64,000 bases of DNA from Eledone cirrhosa. Taxonomy: Eukaryota. The notes under the pieces were generated by a model, which saw only the letters and a program-made list of their open reading frames with translations, ran no database searches and was not told where the DNA came from. Position numbers and translations under genes: made by a program. Shown piece after piece: positions 1 through 10,829 of this stretch. Every line of letters starts with the position of its first letter. The stretch's first letter is position 1. Location: positions 38,750,001-38,814,000 of the forward strand of contig OZ024752.1 of the NCBI GenBank assembly GCA_964016885.1. Reading direction: 5' to 3'.

Positions 1-52
1 AATTTTAAAAATGATGTTAATGAGAACAAACTTCAGATATTACCTTTTACAG

Positions 53-145
53 ATTACTGTCAGAAACTCCTGTCTCACAACCTTGCTCAAAACAAGACCC
101 TTATTATGCAAACTTATCAACAAAGACAAAAAATCTTCACAAGAG
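53..145 (+). CDS. Mucin-like gene, internal exon (putative)
   Basis: ttttacag acceptor, 93 nt open in phase 0, GAG|gtatgt donor. Confidence 0.55.
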
Positions 146-965
146 GTATGTAGTCAGACAACAGAAACCAAAATCTGATCAATGAGCACTTCAATGGAAG
201 TCACAGATAGAATGCCAGAATCAGAATATCTGGCCGTTTATTGGCATAAATATCCAATCAATCATCTAGCCAGCGTTATGGTCTTCATTGGTTATTGATT
301 ACCAATCTACATTGATTACCTGCCATACCATATCCTCTGGATAATCTTCTCAACAAATAATCTTAAACACAGTTATATAAAGTTCCTTACTACATGTTTA
401 ATTATTAAACAAACATTTGGTAGGAATCTAGAAAAACCATTCTTTAAACTTCCATTCCTATTGACATAGGCATATCTAATTCTTGAAGTTTACATAACAT
501 TTTATTCTTTCTTGATTCTATTCTAGGATCAAATCATTATCCAAGCAGAGTTTTCTGGCAAATCATCAGTTATGATTAAACGAATATGGAATGGTAAGTA
601 ATTTAATTGGCACTACTATACACAACTAATTGGTTAATGATAGAATTATGAATCACAGGTGATGACATATGTTTCACAATTCTGGTTTCTACTATATTCT
701 ACTATATTGTATGAATACTTACTAGCGAGCTGTAAAATAAGGACTAATATGACTTCATGGAAGTTAGAGCATCTATCTGTAAAATATTTCCAAGCGTTTA
801 TTTAAATATCTAAATTTCATAAATCTCAACTGGATGTGAACATGGTGACTTAGTGAAGAAGTGTGAGAGAAAGGTATATTTTGTCTCATCAATTATGAAT
901 TTCTATCCTGATATAATATCAAAGTATTTCCTTTAACAACAAAAAAAGAAATCTTTCACTAACTC

Positions 966-1022
<57 letters not shown>

Positions 1023-1258
1023 GATATTAAATAAATGGAAACTATATTTAAAAAACCATATTTATTCTATTATATATATTTCAAGGGTACCAAAACTTTG
1101 GTACACTTTCATCAGATAAAATACAAAGTTTGTTTTTAAATATAGTTTCCATTTATTTAATATCATTGAATATTATACTCCAGAAAACTTGTTGAGTCCT
1201 CTGGATCAGTTATAAACATTTATATTTGTTGAATTACCAACAAATTCAATCCCTTTTG

Positions 1259-1303
<45 letters not shown>

Positions 1304-4300
1304 AACTAGGCGTTGACGAATGGCTTGTGAGGGCTATACAAGCCATGTATAAAGAAACAGTCAGCAAGGTTAGAATTAACAACGAATATAGTGAAGAGTT
1401 TAGCGTAAAAGTTGGCGTCCATCAGGGCTCTGTTCTCAGCCCCCTACTATTTATTATTGCCCTTCAGGCTATAACAGAGGAGTTCAAGACAGGCTGCCCA
1501 TGGGAACTCCTATACGCAGACGACCTGACACTCATAGCGGAATCAATGGCCGAGCTAGAGAAGAAATTCCAAACATGGAAGCACGGCCTAGAGTCAAAAG
1601 GACTTAAAATTAACCTGGCTAAGACCAAAGTTCTAGTTTGTAGGAAAGAAAACAAGGCGGCGGTCCCTTCTGGGAAATGGTCGTGCTCGGTGTGTAGGAA
1701 AGGCGTAGGTAGAAACTCCATTTTATGTCCTAAATGCAAAGTATGGGTGCATAAAAGATGTAGTGGGATCACAGGTAAGCTAACTAAGAACACAGATTTT
1801 ACATGTGGCCGGTGTTCTGGTGCAATAAGTAGCAGCAAGTGCCCACAAAATACTAGCTCTTTCAATTGTGCAGAGGGTTCTATAGAAATAGTGGACAGCT
1901 TCCGTTACCTGGGCGATAAAATCAGCAGTGGGGGAGGGTGCTCTGAAAGTACTGTAGCTAGAGTCAGAACTGGTTGGAAAAAGTTCAGAGAGCTTATACC
2001 ACTATTAGCTGCTAAAGGGTTCTCCCTAAAAATGAAAGGCAGGTTGTACGATGCCTGCATACGAACAGCAATGCTGCATGGCAGTGAGACCTGGGCATTG
2101 TGTGCAGAGGATATACGCAGACTAGAGAGGAACGAAGCTTGCATGCTCCGCTGGATGTGTAACAGTAATATACGTGAACGGCAAAGCATAAACGAACTAA
2201 GGAAAAAATTAGAGATAAGAGGGATCAGATGTTGTTTACTCGAGAGAAGGCTACGTTGGTATGGACACGTGATGCGCATGAAAGTCGATAGCTGTATAAC
2301 AAAGTGCAGGGCAATAAAGATAGACGGTAGTCACGGAATAGGCAGACCTAGAAAAACCTGGGACGAGCTGATAAACTCCGACATCACACACTTACACCTC
2401 TCCAAGACAATGTCACTGGACCGAGACCTTTGGCGGTACTCAGTAACAGAGAAGACCCGCCTTACCTAAATATATAGTAAAACCTACTCCAGCCAGTAGG
2501 CATCTCTAACAAAATACACCCCGTCCCACCACCACCATCCACACCACCCCGTTCTATGTAAAGTTATGTTGGTGCCGCGCCATCCAGGCCGAAACAAATG
2601 AGGTCGTGTAGGTGTCACGACAAAAGCCGAAACAAATGAGATCGTGTAGGTGTCACGACAAAAAAACACACAGTCCACGCTGTAATGTGGCCGTGTAGGC
2701 AACACGGTAAAAACCTCCCAGCCCCACACTGTAAATGTGGTTGGTGTTAGGAAGGGCATCCAACTGTAGAAAACCTGCCAGACAGTCCTATGCGAGCAAG
2801 ACAATCACTCTTGCCTCAAGTGGGACTACCCCCGTCCAAACCCATGCAAGCGTGGAACACGGACGTTAAACGTTGATGATGATGATGATGATGATGATAT
2901 ATATATATAGAGAGAGAGAGAGAGAGGCACATGGCTTAGTGATTAGAGCATTGGGCTTGCAATCAAAAGGTGGTGAGTTCAATTCTCAGACCGGGTGATG
3001 TGTTGTTTCCTTGAGCAAGACACTTTATTTCACATTGCTCCAGTTTACTCAGCTTTAGAAATGAGATGATAGGGACTGGGGTCTATATCATTCCACTGCA
3101 AAGTGGTCGTGGAGGTGCCACGGCAAAAAAGCACCCAGCTCACACTGTAAAGTGGACGTATAAGCGCCACGGCAGAAAAGCACCTAGCACTCACTGTAAA
3201 TGAGGTTGGTGTTAGGAAGGGCATCCAGCTGTAGAAATCAAGCCAGAATCAGTTCCCATCCCACCCTTGCAAGCAAATAAAAGCAGACGTAAAAGGATGA
3301 TGATGATGATGATATATATCATCATCATTTAACATCCACTCTCCCTGCTAGCAAGGGTTGGATGGGTATTCACAGGCCAAGTCAGTATTGAAGTGGGTTT
3401 ATTGACCTCCCAGACAGGTCAGGAGTCCACATCTTGTCTACGTATGGCCCCCACCTACTATGGAGTGCATTTTATAGTGACACCAACACTAGGTAGGTTG
3501 TTATGACTTTAACATAACTGAAGGGCCCTCTCAGCTCTTTCTATGGCTGGATACCCTTCCTATCACCAGCCACTTTACAGTGTGTACTGAGTGGGTTTAT
3601 CATATAGATCACTAACTCTAGAGAGGTTGTCATGTCGTTGACACAACTTAATTGTCCTCTTAATACTTTATTTGGCAAGTTTTCTATAGCTGGATGACAT
3701 TCCTAACACCAACAACCTTATAAGACAGGTTGTCGGTTATTATCCCAACTGAAGAGTCCTCTGTGCTCTGAAAACTTGAAAAAAAAATACCAGGATCAAT
3801 ATGAGGGCCTAGCATGGTCCAAATCTAGTGAGTGAAACTAGTAAAAGAGTAGCTTTGATTATTTCCATTTGCATTTGTATCATCAGACTTATTTCTAATT
3901 TCTCATTTCAGAAGATAAATCCAAAATAGAAGGAACTTGTCCACCACTTCCAACAACACCTGTGCCAACCACAACCACAACCACACCTGTGCCAACCACA
4001 ACCACAACCACACCTGTGCCAACTACAACCATAACAACACCTGTGCCAACCACAACCAAAACAACACCTGTGCCAACCACAACCACAACACCACCTGTGC
4101 CAACTACAACCACACCTGTGCCAACTACAACCACAACAACACCTGTGCCAACCACAACCACAACAACACCTGTTACAACTACAACCACACCTGTGCCAAC
4201 CACAACCACAACAACACCTGTGCCAACCACAACCACAACAAAACCTGTGCCAACTACAACCACAACACCTGTGCCAACTACAACCACAACACCTGTGCCA

Positions 4301-5296
4301 ACTACAACCACACCTGTGCCAACCACAACCACACCTGTGCCAACTACAACCACAACAACACCTGTGCCAACTACAACCACAACAACACCTGTGCCAACCA
4401 CAACCACAACAAAACCTGTGCCAACTACAACCACACCTGTGCCAACTACAACCACAACAACACCTGTGCCAACCACAACCACAACAAAACCTGTGCCAAC
4501 TACAACCACAACACCTGTGCCAACTACAACCACAACACCTGTGCCAACCACAACCACACCTGTGCCAACTACAACCACAACAACACCTGTGCCAACCACA
4601 ACCACAACAACACCTGTGCCAACCACAACCACAACAAAACCTGTGCCAACTACAACCACAACACCTGTGCCAACCACAACAAAACCTGTGCCAACTACAA
4701 CCACAGCTGTGCCAACCACAACAACACCTGTGCCAACTACAACCACACCTGTGCCAACCACAACCACAACAACACCTGTGCCAACCACAACCACAACAAC
4801 ACCTGTGCCAACTACAACCACAACATCTGTACCAACCACCAAGTCAACAACTACCCAAACAACAATTTCAGCAACAACACCAAAAAAGGCAACTCATATT
4901 TTTACAACTTTGACCCCTTCTAAAGCTATTTCAACAGTTTCTGTATTGGACATTGTGAACAATACAGATTTCAATATCATATCTTCTACATATAAATTAT
5001 TTACACAATCAACAACTAACAAACATAATAACACAAGTGAACACAAACAATATGAAACAACACTGAAGCCAATTTCAAGAACTATGTTCCATCCCACCAC
5101 AGAGAGCATCATAAACAAATTTGAAAAACTAAACAGTGATTTACAAAAGAGAAGAACAGTTATCCTTGCCTCTGTTTTTGGCACAGGAGGTATTTTAGCA
5201 ATCCTATTTGTGGTTTTGTGGAGCATACGAAGAGCAAAGAAACGTTCAAAATTAATGGATGAGATTCCCATTATGGATCTTGAAATAATGAACTGA
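53..5296 (+). CDS. Partial gene (5' end outside window): mucin-like type I membrane protein; join(53..145,527..593,3912..5296)
   Basis: Three AG/GT-bounded exons join in frame (phases 0,0,1): ITVRNSCLTTLLKTRPLLCKLINKDKKSSQE|DQIIIQAEFSGKSSVMIKRIWN-E|DKSKIEGTCPPLPTTPVPTTT... then a Pro/Thr repeat, a hydrophobic segment VILASVFGTGGILAILFVVLWSI, a basic stop-transfer RRAKKR, a short tail and TGA at 5294-5296. Confidence 0.75.
527..593 (+). CDS. Mucin-like gene, internal exon
   Basis: Pyrimidine tract plus ttctag acceptor, G|gtaagt donor; its phase 1 end fits the exon at 3912. Confidence 0.7.
1300..2897 (+). mobile_element. 5'-truncated RTE-clade LINE: RT ORF to 2469, long 3' UTR, (GAT)n tail
   Basis: [34 protein letters not shown] and GRPRKTW motifs in an uninterrupted frame; begins at a (TA)n tract inside the mucin-gene intron. 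Confidence 0.93.
2926..3313 (+). mobile_element. tRNA-derived SINE family A (CORE-like body, RTE-derived tail)
   Basis: A box TGGCTTAGTGATTAG, B box GAGTTCAATTC, CCTTGAGCAAGACACTT core, (GAT)n tail; this copy has two hairpin modules. Confidence 0.88.
3912..5296 (+). CDS. Mucin-like gene, terminal exon: Pro/Thr-rich stalk, transmembrane helix, short cytoplasmic tail
   Basis: tttcag acceptor at 3906-3911, in frame with ORF 3962..5296; about 290 aa of PVPT(3-6) repeats followed by unique sequence and a TM segment. Confidence 0.85.
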
Positions 5297-5406
5297 ATCA
5301 TTAATTACATTTAAGTGTGAGACTGTTTTCTGTAGACTAGTGGGATAGTTGTAAGGCTAATATAACATTAAGCTAATACTTTTATGTACTACTATATATA
5401 TATATA

Positions 5407-5519
<113 letters not shown>

Positions 5520-5599
5520 ATATATATATATATATATGTGTGTGTATAATATGTATATATATATATTTCGTTTCTGAATTTGTTTAGCAAGATTCTTTA

Positions 5600-6245
5600 T
5601 CTGAAATCGTGTGTTGAAACCGATATTGTTATACTTTGGGAGGGTCATGTTGCCAATAAGAAACACACGCACCAGTTGCTTTCACTTCAATTTATTATAT
5701 ATTTATAAATTTATAAATTTACAAATCTACAAACTTATAAATTTCTGGTTGGTTGGTTCCACAACCAGATAGTTGTTTATATATAGTCATAGTCCTTTCG
5801 TCACACACTCTGTGACCTCTTCAGTGACTGGGGATTCCTTTCTTTGTTTCTGTGCCTTTCCTTTCTTCTATCCTACGCCATTTTGTTTGTGTGTGTGTGT
5901 TGTGTGCTCAGTTTGCGCATGCGCCACATCCGGGTGTCTGTGTGTGTTTATGTTCATTTATTTATTTGTTTATTTACATGTTACTGGTTGGTTGTTTGTT
6001 CTATGTGTGTGTGTGTTTTCATTTTGTCTTTAATTGTAAGTTGTGATGTTGCTGTTCCACTCATATTTTCTATTTAATTTTGGTTGTAACTCTTTTATGT
6101 TTATTGCCTCTGTAATTTGTCTAAACATTGCGTCTTTTCTGTGTGTAGATATATATATATATATATTGTTATACTTGGGGAGGGTCATATTGTTGCAATA
6201 ATATTGCCACACACGATTTCATATCAAAAACCTCGAAAAACAAAT
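5600..6245 (-). mobile_element. Penelope-like element 3' remnant
   Basis: Minus-strand RQITEAINIKELQPKLNRKYEW resembles the GIY-YIG C-terminal motif of PLEs. Direct and inverted terminal pieces (TATTGTTATACT..GGGAGGGTCAT; GAAATCGTGTG/CACACGATTTC). Embedded in (TA)n. Related pieces at 7225-7300 and 37868-37965. Confidence 0.7.
5785..5829 (-). ncRNA. Minimal type I hammerhead ribozyme in the Penelope-like remnant
   Basis: Minus strand reads AGTCA CTGAAGA G GTCACA gagtg TGTGAC GAAA G GA C TA TGACT: 5-bp stem I, 6-bp stem II, very short stem III, CUA cleavage triplet. Confidence 0.7.
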
Positions 6246-6260
6246 ATATATATATATGAA

Positions 6261-6596
6261 GGCGCATGGCTTAGTGGTTAGAGCATTGGCCTTGCAATCG
6301 AAAGGTTGTGAGTTCAATTCTCAGACCGGGTGATGTGTTGTTTCCTTGAGCAAGACACTTTATTTCACATTGCTCCAGTTTACTCAGCTGTAGAAATGAG
6401 ATGATAGGGACTGGGGTCCCTATCATTCCACTGCAAAGTGGTCGTGGAGGTCCCACGGCAAAAAAGCACCCAGCACTCACTGTAAATGAGGTTGGTTTTA
6501 GGAAGGGCATCCAGCTGTAGAAATCAAGCCAGAATCAGTTCCCGTCCCACCCTTGCAAGCAGGGAAAAAAGCAGACGTAAAATGATGATGATGATG

Positions 6597-6597
<1 letters not shown>
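6261..6597 (+). mobile_element. SINE family A
   Basis: Near-identical to the other family A copies. Confidence 0.88.
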
Positions 6598-6633
<36 letters not shown>

Positions 6634-6689
6634 AATATATACATGTATATATATATTTACAAACTCTCTCTCTATATATATATATATAT

Positions 6690-7052
6690 CATCATCATCA
6701 TCATCATCATCGTTTAACGTCCATGTTCCACGCTTGCATGGGTTTGGACGGGAGTTTTCCCACTTGAGGCAAGAGTGGTTGTCATTGCTCGCATAGGACT
6801 GTCTGGCGGGTTTTCTACAGCTGGATGCCCTTCCTAACACCAACCACATTTACAGTGTGGGGCTGGGAGGTTTTTACCATGTTGCCTACACGGCCACATT
6901 ACAGTGTGGACTGTCTGGCGGGTTTTCTACAGCTGGATGCCCTTCCTAACACCAACCACATTTACAGTGTGGGGCTGGGAGGTTTTTACCATGTTGCCTA
7001 CACGGCCACATTACAGCGTGGACTGTGTTTTTTTGTCGTGACACCTACATGA
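6690..7052 (-). mobile_element. RTE LINE 3' UTR fragment with an internal duplication
   Basis: Reverse complement of about 2640-2890 with an (ATC)n tail. Confidence 0.8.
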
Positions 7053-7118
7053 TATATATATATATATATAGAGAAAGAGAGAGAGAGAGAGATATACATG
7101 TATATATATATTTACAAA

Positions 7119-7149
<31 letters not shown>

Positions 7150-7888
7150 GTTTTAATATAGATGAGATTCTACAGGACTAGAACTGTTTCATTCTTTAGA
7201 AATCATCATATATATATATATATATTTGTTTTGCGAGGTTTTTGATATGAAATCGTGTCTGGCAATATTATTACAACAATATGACCCTCCCCAAGTATAA
7301 TAGAGAGAGAGAGAGATAGATATATACATATATATATATATATATTTACAAACTCTCATACACCACGTGATAATACATGTGCAATCATTCAGCTTTTCAA
7401 TGTTAAGAATGTTTTCCAGATATCATGGCCATTTGTACCGTATGAATTAACCATTTTGTTATCAACCCGGCCAAAACTGGCTCTGATTTTATCAAATAAA
7501 AACGATTTTAAAGGTTTCCAACCGAAATTAAAATCTTCTCACATAATTTTATGTAAGAACTTTACATAGTGATAAAATAATTGATAATTTTAGTAAATCC
7601 CTCAAAATTCTTAATTAATTAATTTAAATAGAGTGTATTTCATTAGAAATGCAGTCATGAAAGGATTAAGGAGCTTCATTCTTTCACCAAGAATCTAAGT
7701 CCAGTGATATTCTCATCCAAGTGTTTTGAATAATGAATAATGAAATTATTGTGTACAGTGTACCTAGTTACCAACTCCAGTAAGACCCACACAACACCCT
7801 TTTCTTTTCCTGTCCTCTGCTACACAGAACCACCTAGTTATCACCTCCAGTCAGACCCACACAATTCCCATCTCTTTTCCTTTAATCA

Positions 7889-8102
7889 TTAACCCTTTAG
7901 CATTTAAACCAGCCATATCTGGCCAGAACTCTCTCAACCTCTTTCTGTTCAAACCAGCTGTAACTGGCCACTCATACTGATGTTAAGGTATTGTTCTCAA
8001 AATAAATGTTAAAATCTAATAGATTCGATATTATGTAAAGTAAGGACTTTACCGTAAGAATACAATAGTAAATATAGAGCAATATAAATGCTAAAGGGCT
8101 AA
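7889..8102. mobile_element. piggyBac-like MITE (about 230 bp family)
   Basis: TTAA-CCCTTTAGCATTTA ... TAAATGCTAAAGGG termini. Further copies near 15015-15450, 16102-16700, 21470-21669, 29240-29610, 34010-34232, 48020-48234, 50293-50496, 52800-53120, 53296-53523 and 55059-55245. Confidence 0.75.
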
Positions 8103-8520
8103 TCAGTTCTTTTGTATCTCACTCTCCAGCCCTTGCTCTAGCTACTTTACAATCCTTCCTCCCTGGGACATCAAGCAACTGGAATTCTCTCCCCACCAAT
8201 GCATTTTCTACAGACATTCAAAGTGAAGACTAACCATATTGTTTTTGATGATTATCATATTCAGAAGCAAGTTTATCTTTAAAGGTTTTACGATAATTTT
8301 AAATTATTTTTTTATCAGTAAAGAAAAGAGACAACAATTAACAGAATTCCAAAGTACCATTCAGTCTAAGAGGTCCACATGAAGTTAGACTTTAAACTCA
8401 TAATAATTTACAATGCTGACAGGGAACGGCTAGATACTATTTTAATCCATTCATAATTTAAGTGGTTAAGATTGTATATACTTCAAAGTAGCTTATCTGT
8501 AAATATAAATAACATGTGGA

Positions 8521-8840
8521 GGCACGTGGCTTAGTGGTTAGAGCATTGGCCTTGCAATCGAAAGGTTGTGAGTTCAATACTCAGACCGGGTGATGCGTTG
8601 TGTGCTTGAGCAAGACACTTTATTTCACATTGCTCCAGTTTACTCAGCTGTAGAAATGAGATGATAGGGACTGGGGTCCCTATCATTCCACTGCAAAGTG
8701 GTCGTGGAGGTGCCACGGCAAAAAAGCACCCAGCACTCACTGTAAATGAGGTTGGTGTTAGGAAGGGCATCCAGCTGTAGAAATCAAGCCAGAATCAGTT
8801 CCAGTCCCACCCTTGCAAGCAGGGAAAAAGCGGACGTAAA

Positions 8841-8879
<39 letters not shown>
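8521..8879 (+). mobile_element. SINE family A
   Basis: Full-length copy with a long (GAT)n tail. Confidence 0.88.
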
Positions 8880-8887
8880 TGATACTG

Positions 8888-10088
8888 ACCTTCTTCTTCG
8901 GCCGAGTTCACACTCGCAAAGATTCAGCACGCTTTCTCCAATCGCCCCGGTCGAGTATGATATTTCTCAGTTCATCGATTTTTATCAGTGTTGGCATCTC
9001 TCAGCAGGGTATCAATGAATGAGACGGCTTGTCTTCCCACGCTTCTTCGTCTGGCTGCAGGTTTCCAGAGCACAAGTTGTGAAGCTGTCTCTTCTGGATG
9101 ACAGATGCAGTGCCCAGCCAGTTTCATTCGTCTGCAGGCAACTATTTTTGAGATTTGTATAGTTCCTAGCTACGGAGTAGGCAGACCCAGAAAAACCTGG
9201 GACGACTTGATAAAATCTGACCTCACACACTTAGACCTCCCCAAAACAATGTCACTGGACCGAGATCGTTGTCGCTATGTAGTAATACAGAAGACCCGCC
9301 TTGCCCAGGGTATCAATGAATGAGACAGCTTGTCTTCCCATGCTTCTTCGTCTGGCTGCCGGTTTCCAGAGCACAAGTTGTGATGATGTCTCTTCTGGAT
9401 GACAGATGCAGTGCCCAGTTAGTTTCATTCGTCTGCAGGCAACTATTTTTGAGATTTGTATAGTTCCTTATTTGTCAGCTTCTGTTTCCAAGAAATGTTG
9501 AGAGCCATTCTCAGCATCCTCGTGTAACATCCGTCAAGTCTCTTGCATTATAGTTCCTTATTTGTCAGCTTCTGTTTCCAAGAAATGTTGAGAGCCATTC
9601 TCAGCATCCTCGTGTAACATCCGTCAAGTCTCTTGCATTATAGTTCCTTATTTGTCAGCTTCTGTTTCCAAGAAATCTTGAGAGCCATTCTCAGCATCCT
9701 CGTGTAACATCCGTCAAGTCTCTTGCATTATAGTTCCTTATTTGTCAGCTTCTGTTTCCAAGAAATCTTGAGAGCCATTCTCAACATCCTCGTGTAACAT
9801 CCGTCAAGTCTCTTGCATTATAGTTCCTTATTTGTCAGCTTCTGTTTCCAAGAAATGTTGAGAGCCATTCTCAGCATCCTCGTGTAACATCCGTCAAGTC
9901 TCTTGCATTATAGTTCCTTATTTGTCAGCTTCTGTTTCCAAGAAATGTTGAGAGCCATTCTCAGCATCCTCGTGTAACATCCGTCAAGTCTCTTGCATTA
10001 TAGTTCCTTATTTGTCAGCTTCTGTTTCCAAGAAATCTTGAGAGCCATTCTCAGCATCCTCGTGTAACATCCGTCAAGTCTCTTGCAT
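8888..10088 (-). mobile_element. Degenerate RTE-type LINE 3' end (second family) with a nested insertion and an internal tandem array
   Basis: Minus-strand DGCYTRMLRMALNISWKQKLTNKEL, RRMKLAGHC, LVLWKP..GRQAVSFIDTL, DRGDWRKR; (AAG)n tail at 8890. Confidence 0.75.
9461..10088. repeat. Tandem array, 7 x 90 bp
   Basis: TAGTTCCTTATTTGTCAGC recurs at 9461, 9551, 9641, 9731, 9821, 9911 and 10001. Confidence 0.95.
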
Positions 10089-10210
10089 AGCACTTGGTCA
10101 TATTGATGGTAACAATAAAATAAATCATATTCAAATTGTAAGAGCAATTTTTAATACGAGACAATCGTTTACAGAATGTTACTATATACAATATGGATGT
10201 GCATATATTA

Positions 10211-10726
10211 TAGACAAGTGTCAGCTGAAATATTCATAGGCTAAGATACTCTCATAGAACGACCAAATGAGGGTTATTTTTCAACATAGTCCCCGGAAAG
10301 AAGCAATGCAGTTATTGTAATAATTGTTTCTACTTTTGGCACAAGGCCAGCAATTACCCAGTGTATTACTGGTACTTTATGTTATCGACCCCCGTAAGGA
10401 TGAAATGCAAAGTTAACCTCGGCGGGATTTGAACTCAGAATGGCAAGGGCCGTAACTCTTTGCTGCAAAGCATGGTGTCCGACCCTCTACCGACACTGCC
10501 AATCCACCACCCTATTGTAATAATCCACCGGTTATTGTAATAATAATTGTTTCTACTTTAGGCACAAGGCCAGCAATTACCCAGTGCATTACTGGTACTT
10601 TATTTTATCGACCCTGTAAGGATGAAAGGCAAAATAAAAGTGTTAAAATTAATGCATGCTAGATTTCACAACTCTAGCATCATTCCTTTATAGTCATCCC
10701 ATGAACCATTCAACTGACTCTTGTAT
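10211..10726. mobile_element. Mariner-like MITE interrupted by two SINE family B insertions, immediately 3' of the NOSIP stop
   Basis: The halves at 10211-10318 and 10636-10726 match the element at 45141-46102; SINE B lies at 10320-10512 and 10545-10632. Confidence 0.65.
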
Positions 10727-10757
10727 GTGTGTATGTTTGTGGTATGTAGTCAAATGT

Positions 10758-10829
10758 CTATGCTTGCATAGAAGGTCTTATTTCTTTAGCATTCAACTGA
10801 ACTCCAGACGCAGAAAATCCACTTGCACC
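10758..10829 (-). CDS. NOSIP: NOSIP coding exon 9 (terminal)
   Basis: tag|[26 protein letters not shown]. Confidence 0.93.
   Translation of the reverse strand, partial: GASGFSASGVQLNAKEIRPSMQA

Noticed and set aside
3895-4923. Val/Gly-rich minus ORF and Asn/His/Cys-rich plus ORF
   Set aside because: Shadow frames of the PVPT repeat. Only the Thr frame links to a splice acceptor and a TM segment.
6261-6335. tRNA genes at SINE heads
   Set aside because: A and B boxes are present but there is no proper acceptor stem, and each continues into a SINE body and tail.
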